Shown here: piece by piece, positions 17,023 through 27,053 of the stretch
Position numbering within the stretch: position 1 is the stretch's first letter
How the letters are laid out: each line of letters begins with the position of its first letter
Assembly: GCA_964415895.1 (NCBI GenBank)
Contig: CAYQCC010000005.1
Coordinates: 875-64,874, forward strand
Direction: 5' to 3'
Length of the DNA: 64,000 bases
DNA from: an uncultured Candidatus Saccharibacteria bacterium
GTDB taxonomy: Bacteria; Patescibacteriota; Minisyncoccia; Phycocordibacterales; UBA1006
Position numbers and translations under genes: made by a program
The notes under the pieces: model-generated
The model's input: the letters and a program-made list of their open reading frames with translations, nothing else
Told to the model about the DNA's origin: nothing
The model's database searches: none

Positions 17023-18948
17023 TTATGGTTTTACTTTTCCATCCTCACCAACTTTTGATGTATCAGAAGGAAGTCGTGTTTCCATAAATCGTTTTTTCTG
17101 GAAAATAGATGCCTGAACCACTGAATCAGTAGCTGTTAAGAATAGGTCACGAGTTAGTACGGGGACACCTCCTACCTGATTAGTAACTGGAACAATACTT
17201 ACTGTAAATGCTATACTTTTTGCATTTTGCCCAACTCCTACAGAACCTGGATTCCATACAACCTCACGAGTCACAGTATTATATGTAATAAGCGATCTGT
17301 CAGTTGAGGGAGCTACTGCATTTTCCCAATTGATACCTGTTGGTAAAATAGTTTTCACCACAGCATCAGAAACTGGATTAACAGTATTTGATAACTGCCA
17401 TACCAATGTAAATGTCGTCTTTTTACCAACCTGCATTGGCATCGGTCCGGTATTTTTAAGCGGACCAGAATGATATAACGTCTTCGGAATTAACTGAAGG
17501 TTGGTCGAAATTGGAATGGTTACCTTACTACTATCAACCAATGTTTTTGCAGTTCCACCAGAGATAATTCCTGATGCCGATGTTACAAACTGAATAGTGG
17601 ATGTTTTATCAAGCCCTGCACGCGGCGTAAGACTAAACCTCAATCTTCCTGTTGCGCCTGGCTCAATGAGTTTCAACTCAGAGTCTTCATTTGACGTCCA
17701 AATTAATGTATTTGTTGCACTATCGGAATAAGCGCTCCCACTTTCCAATCGAGCAGGATCGAATGCGTCACCAGATATTTTAAGATTAATTTCCGCATCT
17801 GAAATAGCAACATCTAATGTGTTTTTCCATTCAACAATAACAGCACTTAGCTGATTTTGAGCGAATGACACTTTTTGGTCAACAGGCGCACCTTCAATAT
17901 TAAATGTGGTAGCAATGAACGGTAGTGTTAATTTCACCAAATGTGTTGCGCTGGTATACACGCTTGCAATTTTTCGCTCGTTAGTTTCGTCTTGTACACC
18001 AACGGTAAATCTAATATTCTTTTCAATATTAGTAACACCGTCGCACTGCACAATCATATTAATTTCTTTTTGCGAACTCACAGGCAAATCACCTAAAAAC
18101 CATACATTTTTATCAAGAGTGGGCGCTGGATCAGAACTTACAAAATTACAACCATCCGGAAATTCACCAACAACCATTGCATCTTTAACAACATTAGAAG
18201 CATTTCCAGAAATAGTTAGTTTTATCGGTAATTCTTGACCTGACAGCATCGTACCTGAAGCGTTTACAAGTAGTGTCGCAATAGACGAACGAAGTGTTAA
18301 TTTTGCACCGCCAGATTTCTCGAATATTGCATTAGAACCTGCGAGACGGAATTCAACCATTGCAGTAAAATCTTTCTCGTTCCCTTGTTCACCAAATAAC
18401 TGCATTGGAAAAACTTCATTACGAGTTTCACCTGCGCCAATAGTTCCAAGGTCTCGAGTAATTTCTTTCAAAGCATTTGGATCTCGGGTGTTACCTAATG
18501 GATACTTAAAGACAAGCTTTGTAAATTCCATAGGAACAGGGTTTTGATTTACCAACGTAACGGTTGCATTTACCTCTTCACCACTATCTGCGAATGTTGT
18601 AGCTGTTACATTCAATTGAATATTTTCACCTGATAATCGAGCACGTCCAGTAAATAATGAAAATATAAACAAACCTGCCGATATAACAGCAAATACACAC
18701 GATCCGATAAAGATCTTTTTAAAATATGACTTTTGTACCGTTCGTTTTTGATGAATCAAATCATCATGATGTGCCTCGGGTACTGGTTCAGTCCAATCCT
18801 CAGCAACAGGTTTCAATTTATCGCGATGTAAAATTCCACGATTAGTATCACTAACACCGCGTCCAGCTGTTAAATCATTATCAAGTTTTTTCAAAAGACT
18901 TTCATTTGAATCCATAGAGATTAAAAGTATAACATAAAAAGAGTCCAT
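17023..18948 (-). CDS. Large membrane-anchored extracellular protein (N-terminal cytoplasmic segment, one TM helix, beta-rich repeats)
   Basis: 641 aa; TM at ~res 80-100. An alternative start MDSNES lies at 18915. Confidence 0.55.
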   Translation of the reverse strand: MDSFYVILLISMDSNESLLKKLDNDLTAGRGVSDTNRGILHRDKLKPVAEDWTEPVPEAHHDDLIHQKRTVQKSYFKKIFIGSCVFAVISAGLFIFSLFTGRARLSGENIQLNVTATTFADSGEEVNATVTLVNQNPVPMEFTKLVFKYPLGNTRDPNALKEITRDLGTIGAGETRNEVFPMQLFGEQGNEKDFTAMVEFRLAGSNAIFEKSGGAKLTLRSSIATLLVNASGTMLSGQELPIKLTISGNASNVVKDAMVVGEFPDGCNFVSSDPAPTLDKNVWFLGDLPVSSQKEINMIVQCDGVTNIEKNIRFTVGVQDETNERKIASVYTSATHLVKLTLPFIATTFNIEGAPVDQKVSFAQNQLSAVIVEWKNTLDVAISDAEINLKISGDAFDPARLESGSAYSDSATNTLIWTSNEDSELKLIEPGATGRLRFSLTPRAGLDKTSTIQFVTSASGIISGGTAKTLVDSSKVTIPISTNLQLIPKTLYHSGPLKNTGPMPMQVGKKTTFTLVWQLSNTVNPVSDAVVKTILPTGINWENAVAPSTDRSLITYNTVTREVVWNPGSVGVGQNAKSIAFTVSIVPVTNQVGGVPVLTRDLFLTATDSVVQASIFQKKRFMETRLPSDTSKVGEDGKVKP

Positions 18949-18971
18949 ACTTAAAGCACGGACTCTTTTTT
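18941..18971. terminator. Terminator hairpin (GAGTCC...GGACTC plus TTTTT)
   Basis: Lies between the ABC exporter gene end and the start of the surface-protein gene. Confidence 0.55.
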
Positions 18972-18989
18972 ACTTGTTTATTAAAATTT

Positions 18990-20795
18990 TTAACTGGCTA
19001 AAGATACAAACTTACTACCTTCTTGTATCAAACCTACCAATGAAAATGGCTCGGAATCACTTACCTCTCTTTTGACTATCTTTCCATTTTCGATACAAAT
19101 GATTCTTTGAAAGAAAGATTCGTAATGTTCGTCATGAAGACAGACAACAACCGTTTTACCTGGAAACAATGTCCCGGCTGTTATTTTGCCGTAGAAATCT
19201 TTTTTTGTTTCTGGGTCAATATTGCCCATAGGTTCGTCTAGTATAACTATTTCAATACTTGGATTGCTTGCCTTGAAATAAAGAGACGCTAAAGATATTC
19301 TTTTGTTTTGACCTGTAGATAGTTGAATACCACCTTTCCACTGCTGACCAATATACGTATCTAACTGGCTTGGTAAATCCTTTACGAATCCGTCCATGCC
19401 AACCGCATGTAATGCTTTCCAGATTAAATCATCATTATCTGTAGTAAGTGAGGCAGATATGATTTCCCTAATGGTTGTATCAGGTAAACCATTGTAAACA
19501 CTTTCAATAAGCATGTAATTCAACAGCGAAGATCTTTTAATATCTGATGTCTTTGTTCCGCCAAGAGTCACGTTTCCTAATTCAGGAAAGTAAATTCCAG
19601 CTATCAGATTTATCATGGTTGTTTTTCCGCCACCATTGTTTCCAATCAATCCGATGATTTCGCCTTGCGAAATCATCGTTGAAAGATTTTGAACAGCAGA
19701 CTTGTGCTTGTTTGGGTACGTAAATGTTACATCATCAAACACAATTGGTAGTAATGTGTTTACAGTTTTTGAACCTTCTATGTAAACAGGTTTTAATTCG
19801 TTAAAGGGTACAAAATATTTCTCATATTCCTTTAACGAATTAATGAAGTTCGCAATAGAAAAGCCCAAATTGCTAATTGAAGCCTTAAAAGTAAATAATG
19901 CTCCAAAAGCAAGAGGCCATGTAATAATCGTTATCTTTCCATGCATTGCTGATACACACATAAATCCCAAAGCAACGGCAGTACAAATAACACTAATTAC
20001 ACAATACGTTAATCTTCTTGCGGTTTGAATTCTTTGCATTTTCAAGAGATCATCTACAATTTTACCTCTTGCGTCATAGAAGCGACCTTTAAAGTACTCA
20101 CGAGTTCCATGAAAAATAGTCTGAAGAGCTGATTTATTATTTTGTAATAAATCATTATATTCTTCAAACATTGTTCGATCATCATGACCTTCTTCCCATA
20201 TACTCAACACTTTGCGATGTATTTGTATATTTGAAATAATGCTATATATTCCAGGAATTAGTACAAAGATAATCACCCAAGGTGAAAGTAGCGCAATAAG
20301 AGCGCCTGAAATCAACAGGGCGATCGTTCTTTGAAGAAGATTAAATGACTTATCATATAACCCTACCATCGAAGGCCAACCTTTTTGAAAAAACAATATT
20401 TTTGTTTTTGATACTTCGTTGTCAAAAAGCTGTGAAGGGTCAAGTTCTTCAATCTTTTTCTGAGTGAAGGTTTTGTGTTCTTGGAAATTATGCTCTGCTC
20501 TTAAGTTGTCATAATAATCGCCTATTTCCGAGATTAATTGCATACACGCAAGCCATACTGAAACGACAATGATAAAAATAATTCCCCATTTTACAGAATT
20601 ATCCTTACCAAGATTCGTTAACATAATAATACCTAAACTGGTAATACCACTTGAAATGGCGCTTTGTGATGCCGTCCAAAAACTTTCAAAAATATTAAAA
20701 GCAGTAAGTTTTGGAGCAATTCTTTTAGCTAATGCAAACGATTGAAGAACCGCCTGAATAACGAGCTGCTTGGTTAACGTGTTTTTCTTTTCCAT
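18990..20795 (-). CDS. ABC transporter, fused permease/ATP-binding protein (exporter type)
   Basis: N-terminal 6-TM domain; Walker A GNNGGGKTT, signature LSTGQNKRISLA, Walker B ILDEPMGNID. Confidence 0.85.
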   Translation of the reverse strand: MEKKNTLTKQLVIQAVLQSFALAKRIAPKLTAFNIFESFWTASQSAISSGITSLGIIMLTNLGKDNSVKWGIIFIIVVSVWLACMQLISEIGDYYDNLRAEHNFQEHKTFTQKKIEELDPSQLFDNEVSKTKILFFQKGWPSMVGLYDKSFNLLQRTIALLISGALIALLSPWVIIFVLIPGIYSIISNIQIHRKVLSIWEEGHDDRTMFEEYNDLLQNNKSALQTIFHGTREYFKGRFYDARGKIVDDLLKMQRIQTARRLTYCVISVICTAVALGFMCVSAMHGKITIITWPLAFGALFTFKASISNLGFSIANFINSLKEYEKYFVPFNELKPVYIEGSKTVNTLLPIVFDDVTFTYPNKHKSAVQNLSTMISQGEIIGLIGNNGGGKTTMINLIAGIYFPELGNVTLGGTKTSDIKRSSLLNYMLIESVYNGLPDTTIREIISASLTTDNDDLIWKALHAVGMDGFVKDLPSQLDTYIGQQWKGGIQLSTGQNKRISLASLYFKASNPSIEIVILDEPMGNIDPETKKDFYGKITAGTLFPGKTVVVCLHDEHYESFFQRIICIENGKIVKREVSDSEPFSLVGLIQEGSKFVSLAS

Positions 20796-20910
20796 ATGTT
20801 TTATTTTTTAGTTTTAAAAGATGATTTTCTTAATTTTTATCATTATATCATAAATGATATATATGTCAAAATAACAAAAAACCACACTTTCGAGTGGTTT
20901 TTGCAATCCA

Positions 20911-21762
20911 TTAATTTGGATTTCGTTTTGATTTTCGTCGTGTAACGATTGCATAGTTCGAATACTTCTTTGGAGTACGTGTTCGCACACCGTACGCTTG
21001 CTTTCCGTATCGAGTTTTTGGTCCTCGTCGTAGACCAATTCCCTGGCGCCCTTCTCCACCTCCGTGCGGGTGATCTACTGGGTTCATGGCAGAACCACGA
21101 ACTGTTGGTCGGATACCTTTCCATCGTGATCGTCCAGCTTTTCCAAGATTTACCAAATGGTAATCAGGGTTTGAAACTGATCCGATTGACGCATAACATT
21201 TATCAGATACTGTTCGAACTTCACCTGAAGGCATTTTAAGTTGAGTTCGCCCTTCGTTGTGCGCGTTTACTTGTGCAAAACTTCCGGCCGAACGCACCAT
21301 TTTAGCGCCATTATCAGGTTTAATTTCGATGTTGTAGATGAATGTTCCCACAGGAATGTTTACTAATGGCAAACGGTTTCCAGGTGTAAGTGGTGCATCT
21401 GCAGATACGATGAATGTTGATCCAGCAGTAACTCCTTGTGGAAGTACAATGTATCGTCGTTCACCATCCTTGTAACATACCAATCCAATGAAAGCTGATC
21501 GGTTTGGATCATATTCAACAGACTCGATCTTTGCAGGGATGTTGATCTTGTTCATTTTGAAATCGATTTCTCGATATGAACGTTTGTGTCCACCTCCTTT
21601 ATGAGGAGCTGTAATACGTCCTTGATTGTTTCGTCCAACATGTCGCTTTCGTCCTTTCGTCAAAGCCTTGTGAGGAGTTGAAGTCGTAAGCACGTCTCGG
21701 TATTTGATACCTGTCATGTTACGTCGTGACGGCGATGTTGGTTTATAAGTTTTAATTGCCAT
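20911..21762 (-). CDS. rplB: 50S ribosomal protein L2
   Basis: Start placed at MAIKTYKPTSPSRR. Contains the conserved GGGEGRQ...HPHGGGEG motif. Confidence 0.95.
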   Translation of the reverse strand: MAIKTYKPTSPSRRNMTGIKYRDVLTTSTPHKALTKGRKRHVGRNNQGRITAPHKGGGHKRSYREIDFKMNKINIPAKIESVEYDPNRSAFIGLVCYKDGERRYIVLPQGVTAGSTFIVSADAPLTPGNRLPLVNIPVGTFIYNIEIKPDNGAKMVRSAGSFAQVNAHNEGRTQLKMPSGEVRTVSDKCYASIGSVSNPDYHLVNLGKAGRSRWKGIRPTVRGSAMNPVDHPHGGGEGRQGIGLRRGPKTRYGKQAYGVRTRTPKKYSNYAIVTRRKSKRNPN

Positions 21763-21860
21763 AATGATTCTCGGTACCAATAAGGCTTTCTGGTACGGTT
21801 ATTTATATAAAATTCTTGCCTAAGGAAATAGTGAGTGAAGTAATAAAAGAAATTGTTTCT

Positions 21861-21903
21861 GAGATCGAGTCCGCGTTGCGGACGAAGCCGAGCACAGTGA
21901 GGA
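21861..21903. repeat. GC-rich repeat, family C copy: GAGATCGAG-TCCGCgttGCGGA-CGAAGCCGAG-CACAGTGAGG
   Basis: Seen directly. Shares flanks with 43873-43918, but the internal hairpin is a different palindrome. Sits in the unusually long rplW-rplB spacer. Confidence 0.5.
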
Positions 21904-21948
21904 AATTTTCGAAGGAATAATTTCTTTTATTACGAAACGCTCATGATA

Positions 21949-22272
21949 TTATGCAATCTCGATTTTCTGTCCTTTCGGAAGAAATACAGTTGCTTTCTTT
22001 TCACCTTTAGTCATTCCGCGTGTTCCACGAACCAAAACGGCTACAGGTTTTTTAAGTGATACAGTTACTTTTACTGGATCTACGTTGTACAGGAATTTAA
22101 TTGCTCGAGCAATTTGAATTTTGTTTGAACGAGTTGCTACGTTAAATACGTAAGCATTGTTCTCGGCGCTGTACGCTGCTTTTTCAGTAATCCGTGGACC
22201 GATAATGATACCAACAAGTTCTGCTGGAAGCTTTTTCTCGTCCGGTTTTTCAATCAATGATTTTTTTGCCAT
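21949..22272 (-). CDS. rplW: 50S ribosomal protein L23
   Basis: 107 aa L23-like protein directly downstream of rplD. Confidence 0.92.
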   Translation of the reverse strand: MAKKSLIEKPDEKKLPAELVGIIIGPRITEKAAYSAENNAYVFNVATRSNKIQIARAIKFLYNVDPVKVTVSLKKPVAVLVRGTRGMTKGEKKATVFLPKGQKIEIA

Positions 22273-22275
22273 AGA

Positions 22276-23010
22276 TTATACAGATTTTTTCACAGCACCT
22301 CGCTTTGTAAGCAAGAACGCCTGTGTATCTGTTGGATTACTGATAATCATGTAACGATATTTCATTACATCGACCGGGTTAATGTTTCGAGCTTCAACCA
22401 ATGTTACATGGTTGATGTTTCGGAAACTGTTTCGTACTACTTCAGAAATAACTGGCAATACTAACAAGATGTTGTTTGGCTTGTTTGTGTTGATAGTTTC
22501 AAATCCTGCAATAGTCTCAAATCCTTTCAAGATTTTTTCTGCATCTTTTGTTTTTGCATTTGATAGATCAATTGATTCTGAGAACAAAATCTTTCCCTTT
22601 CGGAGTTTGTTTGACAATGTTGCAAATAATGCTGCAGTTTTTTGTTTCTTGTTGATTTTTACTGAATAATCTTTTTCATTTCGAGGACCATGAGTAACTC
22701 CACCCGTTCGCCAAATTGGAGATCGTGTTGAGCCGTGTCGCGCGCGTCCTGTTCCTTTCTGCTGCCAAGGTTTTTTACCTGATCCAGAAACTTCATCTCG
22801 CATTTTAGTGTGAGCCAAACCTGTTCGAGCATTTGCCTGCATACCAATAATAACTTGATGTACTAAATCTCCATTCCAAGAACGATTGAAAATTGCGCCT
22901 GACAAATCAACGTTTCCGTTTGATTTTCCAGCCAATGTATACAATGGTGCTGAAACATTTTCAGAAGATTTTTTTGCAACTTTTTTAGTTGCCACTTTTT
23001 TTGTTGCCAT
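22276..23010 (-). CDS. rplD: 50S ribosomal protein L4
   Basis: 244 aa L4-like, with an N-terminal Lys-rich extension. Confidence 0.92.
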   Translation of the reverse strand: MATKKVATKKVAKKSSENVSAPLYTLAGKSNGNVDLSGAIFNRSWNGDLVHQVIIGMQANARTGLAHTKMRDEVSGSGKKPWQQKGTGRARHGSTRSPIWRTGGVTHGPRNEKDYSVKINKKQKTAALFATLSNKLRKGKILFSESIDLSNAKTKDAEKILKGFETIAGFETINTNKPNNILLVLPVISEVVRNSFRNINHVTLVEARNINPVDVMKYRYMIISNPTDTQAFLLTKRGAVKKSV

Positions 23011-23014
23011 ACAA

Positions 23015-23632
23015 TTATTGTGTAATTTCTAGCATTGTTCCACGTCTTCCGGGAACAGCACCTTTAATCACGATGATGTTAGTTTTTGGATCGACCGCAA
23101 GTACTTTTAGGTTCTTGACCGTAATTCGATCAGTTCCCATTCGTCCTGCCATGCGCATACCTTTCATTACGCGCTGCATTCCACCGGCTCCAATAGAACC
23201 AGGTTCACGCTCGCTGTGTTTCTGACCGTGAGTTCGGCGTCCTCCATGGAATCCATGTCGCTTTACTACACCTTGGAAACCTTTACCTTTTGAAATACCT
23301 GACACGCGGATCATGTCGCCTTCAGCGAATTGATCAACTGCCATTGTATTTCCTCGAGCATAGTTTGCAAGATCTGCAGTGTCCACTAGAAATTCCTTTG
23401 TATATCGGAAGTTTCCAAGATCACCATAGTGACCTTTCACAGGTTTTGATAAATTCTTTTCATTACGAGTTCCTGACGAAACCTGCACAGCGTCGTATCC
23501 GTCGCTTGCAACTGATTTCACCTGAGTCACTGTAATAGGTGTTGCAGAAATCAATGTCGCAGCATGAGCGATTCCTTTTGAATCGAAATACTGTGTCATT
23601 TGGATCTTCTCACCCAAAATATATTTTTTCAT
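23015..23632 (-). CDS. rplC: 50S ribosomal protein L3
   Basis: Start placed at MKKYILGEKIQMTQYF. L3-like throughout. Confidence 0.92.
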   Translation of the reverse strand: MKKYILGEKIQMTQYFDSKGIAHAATLISATPITVTQVKSVASDGYDAVQVSSGTRNEKNLSKPVKGHYGDLGNFRYTKEFLVDTADLANYARGNTMAVDQFAEGDMIRVSGISKGKGFQGVVKRHGFHGGRRTHGQKHSEREPGSIGAGGMQRVMKGMRMAGRMGTDRITVKNLKVLAVDPKTNIIVIKGAVPGRRGTMLEITQ

Positions 23633-23862
23633 ATGGTAAAACCAAATTAGTATCAGCGGTTTGAGATATGCCTTCATATCAGAAACATGATGAGTTGTTC
23701 GGCGGTTTTGAAATAGGATTCCAAAACACGAACTGTTATTAATAGCTCCAAGCGCCACAAGAGAAATCAGAATTGACTGTTTCTTATTAAACAAGGTCTC
23801 GACTTGTGTAATGGATTAGAAAATTCTGATCTCCGGGCAACGCCTGGATTGTACGAAAATGA

Positions 23863-24192
23863 TTACATCATTTTTACATCGATTTCAACACCAGACGGTA
23901 GTGAAAGAGATGTTAAAGCTTCGATCAATTTTGGCACTGGATTGATGATATCAATCAAACGTTTATGTACACGGATTTCAAATTGCTCACGAGCGTCCTT
24001 GTGAACGAATGTTGAACGGTTAACTGTGTACTTTCGAATCTCGTTAGGAAGCGGTACGGGTCCGCGAATGGTCGCTTCATGTCGGTTTGCAGTTTCGATA
24101 ATTTGTTTAACCGAAGCATCCAACACTTTGTTTTCATACGCACGAACGCGAATCCGCAATACCGCTTCACCTGATTTTTTTTCTGATGACAT
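23863..24192 (-). CDS. rpsJ: 30S ribosomal protein S10
   Basis: Start placed at MSSEKK. IRIRVRAYE...LDxS...I motif of S10. Confidence 0.95.
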   Translation of the reverse strand: MSSEKKSGEAVLRIRVRAYENKVLDASVKQIIETANRHEATIRGPVPLPNEIRKYTVNRSTFVHKDAREQFEIRVHKRLIDIINPVPKLIEALTSLSLPSGVEIDVKMM

Positions 24193-24249
24193 AGCAGTGG
24201 GACAAACCATGATGAAGTGTACAAGTACGCTTCATGTAGATTTGCAAGA

Positions 24250-25449
24250 TTACGCGATAATTTTTGTTACCACTCCTGCCCCGACTGTCTTACCACCTTC
24301 ACGAATCGCGAATCGAGTGTTGTTCTCAAGTGCGATAGGTGCAAGCAATTTAACTTTGAATGTTACGGTATCTCCTGGCATAACCATTTGAGTACCTTCT
24401 GGCAATGTTACATCACCTGTCACGTCCGTTGTTCGGATGTAGAACTGAGGTTTGTATCCGTTTAGGAATGGAGTGTGTCGTCCACCTTCTTCTTTTGAAA
24501 GAATGTATACTTCACATTCGAATTCTGAATGCGGTTTGATTGAGCCAGTTTTAGCAAGAACTTGTCCACGTGTGATGTCATCTTTTTTAACACCTCGTAG
24601 AAGGATTCCTGCGTTGTCTCCAGCCATACCTTCTTGCAATTGTTTGTTGAACATTTCAATTCCGGTAACAGTTGTTTTCACAGTATCTTTCAATCCTACG
24701 ATTTCAACTTCTTCACCAACCTTGATGATTCCTTGTTCAATTTTTCCTGTTACCACTGTTCCACGTCCCTCGATTGAGAACACGTCTTCGATTGGCATAA
24801 GGAATGGTTTATCAACTTCACGCTTTGGCTCTGGAATATAAGTATCCAAAGCTTCAACCAATTCAAGAACTTTCTTAGCCCATTCGTCATCATTTGATGT
24901 TGACTCAAGCGCTTTCAATCCTGAACCGTGAATGATTGGAGTGTTGTCTCCATCATATCCTTGTTTAGTTAACAATTCTCGCATTTCAAGTTCTACCAAT
25001 TCCAACATTTCTTTGTCATCAACCATGTCACACTTGTTCAAAAATACTACGATTTTTGGAACTCCTACTTGTTTTGCAAGCAATACGTGTTCACGTGTTT
25101 GAGGCATCGCTCCGTCAGTTGCTGCTACTACGATGATTGCACCGTCCATTTGAGCGGCACCTGTAATCATGTTTTTGATGTAGTCGGCGTGACCTGGCGC
25201 ATCGATGTGTGCGTAGTGTCGTGTTGGTGTCCAGTACTCGTTATGAGAAAGTGCAATGGTGATTCCACGCGCCTTTTCTTCTGGAGCCTTGTCGATACCG
25301 TCAATTCCTTTAAGAACTGCACCGTATCCATTTGCTTGTCGTGCAAGCACTGACAAGATTGCCGCTGTAAGCGTAGTTTTACCGTGGTCAACGTGACCAA
25401 TAGTACCTACGTTTACGTGAGGCTTTGAGCGGTCAAAAGCTTCTGCCAT
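24250..25449 (-). CDS. tuf: Elongation factor Tu
   Basis: 399 aa with [18 protein letters not shown] and NKCD motifs. Confidence 0.97.
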   Translation of the reverse strand: MAEAFDRSKPHVNVGTIGHVDHGKTTLTAAILSVLARQANGYGAVLKGIDGIDKAPEEKARGITIALSHNEYWTPTRHYAHIDAPGHADYIKNMITGAAQMDGAIIVVAATDGAMPQTREHVLLAKQVGVPKIVVFLNKCDMVDDKEMLELVELEMRELLTKQGYDGDNTPIIHGSGLKALESTSNDDEWAKKVLELVEALDTYIPEPKREVDKPFLMPIEDVFSIEGRGTVVTGKIEQGIIKVGEEVEIVGLKDTVKTTVTGIEMFNKQLQEGMAGDNAGILLRGVKKDDITRGQVLAKTGSIKPHSEFECEVYILSKEEGGRHTPFLNGYKPQFYIRTTDVTGDVTLPEGTQMVMPGDTVTFKVKLLAPIALENNTRFAIREGGKTVGAGVVTKIIA

Positions 25450-25637
25450 ATAGTTATATATTTCGGGAACAGGTACTCGAATCTACGGAGCACTTTAAGA
25501 AAAGATCCTAAATGCATGTTGCATAGATACGGCAATACGCGTTCCACTGGACGCCGGTCAAGGCCGCCCGATTAAATGAATAAACATATGGCATATTACG
25601 GAAAAATCGTTACTTGTCAATGGTTTTGCTGTATTTA

Positions 25638-25759
25638 TCTCCTCCTAATTTAGGAGGAGTGCCCAAAGGGCGAGGTGGTATTGTAAGCTTTATTGTGTGT
25701 ACAAAAATACCACCCCGTCTCGTCGTACCTCCTCGCCACCCCTCCTAAATTAGGAGGGG
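25638..25759. repeat. Triple-hairpin palindromic element: TCTCCTCCTAATTTAGGAGGAG ... GGTGGTATT-23-nt loop-AATACCACC ... CCCCTCCTAAATTAGGAGGGG
   Basis: Seen directly. The outer hairpins pair an SD-like AGGAGG with CCTCCT. Lies in the 477-bp tuf/hpf intergenic region. Related partial copies occur at 57545-57562 and 55046-55130. Confidence 0.5.
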
Positions 25760-25944
25760 ATTTCATACATTAAATTATGGTAAACGAGCCTTTAAATATA
25801 AGCTCTTATGAATGTCCTTTATGGCCCTATAATGTCCTTTAGAAAAATAGCCATGGTATACTGAATATGTACCGATTGAATCTCACCGCTGCCCGATTGT
25901 AATCATGCGTCCGAAAAGAGATACGGATGACATTTTCACCAATT

Positions 25945-26292
25945 ATGAAAATATCTATTTCTGGATCACACATTGATTTAACTGATGCCTTGCGCAATCA
26001 TGTTGATCATGAGTTTAAAAAATTGGAGAAGTTGATAGAACCGAATGCGCGAATCGATGTAGAAATTGGAAAAACGACTGAACACCACAAACAAGGAAAC
26101 ATCTTTAAAGCGGAGGCAAAAATTGTAGAATCAAAAGCAGAATATTTTGCAGAATTTGTTACCGACGACTTGTACAGCGCCATTGGAATGCTATCGGATG
26201 AATTATCACAGCAAATTACCCGATCAAAAAGCCGTCACCGCACTCTATTCAAACGCGGAGGCGCAATGATTAAAAGCTTGTTACGTTTATAA
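25945..26292 (+). CDS. hpf: Ribosome hibernation promoting factor (RaiA/HPF family, short form)
   Basis: Start placed at MKISISGSHIDLTDALRNHV, matching the HPF N-terminus. Confidence 0.85.
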   Translation: MKISISGSHIDLTDALRNHVDHEFKKLEKLIEPNARIDVEIGKTTEHHKQGNIFKAEAKIVESKAEYFAEFVTDDLYSAIGMLSDELSQQITRSKSRHRTLFKRGGAMIKSLLRL

Positions 26293-26317
26293 ATTAATAT
26301 AAAGAATTATCATTATT

Positions 26318-27025
26318 ATGGAATCACCATCAAAAGCACCCTGGTATATTGGAATTATTATCATCATCGTAGCTATCGTTCTGGTAGTTATCGGACTCAA
26401 ATCTAAGACTGCAACACCGTCAGATGAAATGCCAATTATTAACACAGAAACTCAGACAGAAACATCTCAGAATACTGCGATTGACGCACCATTATCAAAC
26501 CAACCAACAACTTCAGTTCCCACTGATACTAAAAAAGTTATGAACACAGTTACACTAAAAACAAATATGGGAGAGATTACTATCACACTTGATCGAACAA
26601 GTGCTCCTAAGACTGTTGAAAACTTTACAAAGCTCGCAGGTGAAGGATTTTATGATGGTATTCGCTTCCACCGTGTTATCAAGGATTTCATGATCCAAAC
26701 TGGTGACCCTCAATCAAAAGATGAAAGTAAGAAATCATTGTGGGGTACAGGCGGACCAGGATATAAATTTGATGATGAATTAAGCGGAAAAGAAACCTAC
26801 CTACAAGGAACAGTTGCTATGGCAAATTCTGGACCTAATACGAATGGGTCACAATTCTTTATCGTAACAGCAAACCCTGGCGCTCCCCTTCCTCCAAGCT
26901 ACACAGTATTTGGAAAAGTAACAAAAGGGTTAGATGTTGCATTAAAGATCGAGAAAGTAAAAACAGAAACTGCAGATCGACCTATTGATGATGTTATTAT
27001 CGAAAAAGCTACTGTTTCAGAATAA
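26318..27025 (+). CDS. Peptidyl-prolyl cis-trans isomerase, cyclophilin type, membrane-anchored
   Basis: N-terminal TM helix and Thr-rich linker, then a cyclophilin domain (FHRVIKDFMIQTGDP...GTVAMAN...GSQFFI). Confidence 0.9.
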   Translation: MESPSKAPWYIGIIIIIVAIVLVVIGLKSKTATPSDEMPIINTETQTETSQNTAIDAPLSNQPTTSVPTDTKKVMNTVTLKTNMGEITITLDRTSAPKTVENFTKLAGEGFYDGIRFHRVIKDFMIQTGDPQSKDESKKSLWGTGGPGYKFDDELSGKETYLQGTVAMANSGPNTNGSQFFIVTANPGAPLPPSYTVFGKVTKGLDVALKIEKVKTETADRPIDDVIIEKATVSE

Positions 27026-27032
27026 ACAAAAA

Positions 27033-27051
27033 ACACCATATGGTGTTTTTT
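27033..27051. terminator. Bidirectional terminator (AACACC-atat-GGTGTT plus TTTTT)
   Basis: Hairpin with flanking A and T tracts, placed between convergent genes. Confidence 0.75.
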
Positions 27052-27053
27052 GT

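Noticed and set aside
20814-21124. Two overlapping minus-strand ORFs (81 and 93 aa) at the rplB 3' end
   Set aside because: They are alternative frames over rplB coding sequence, not independent genes.
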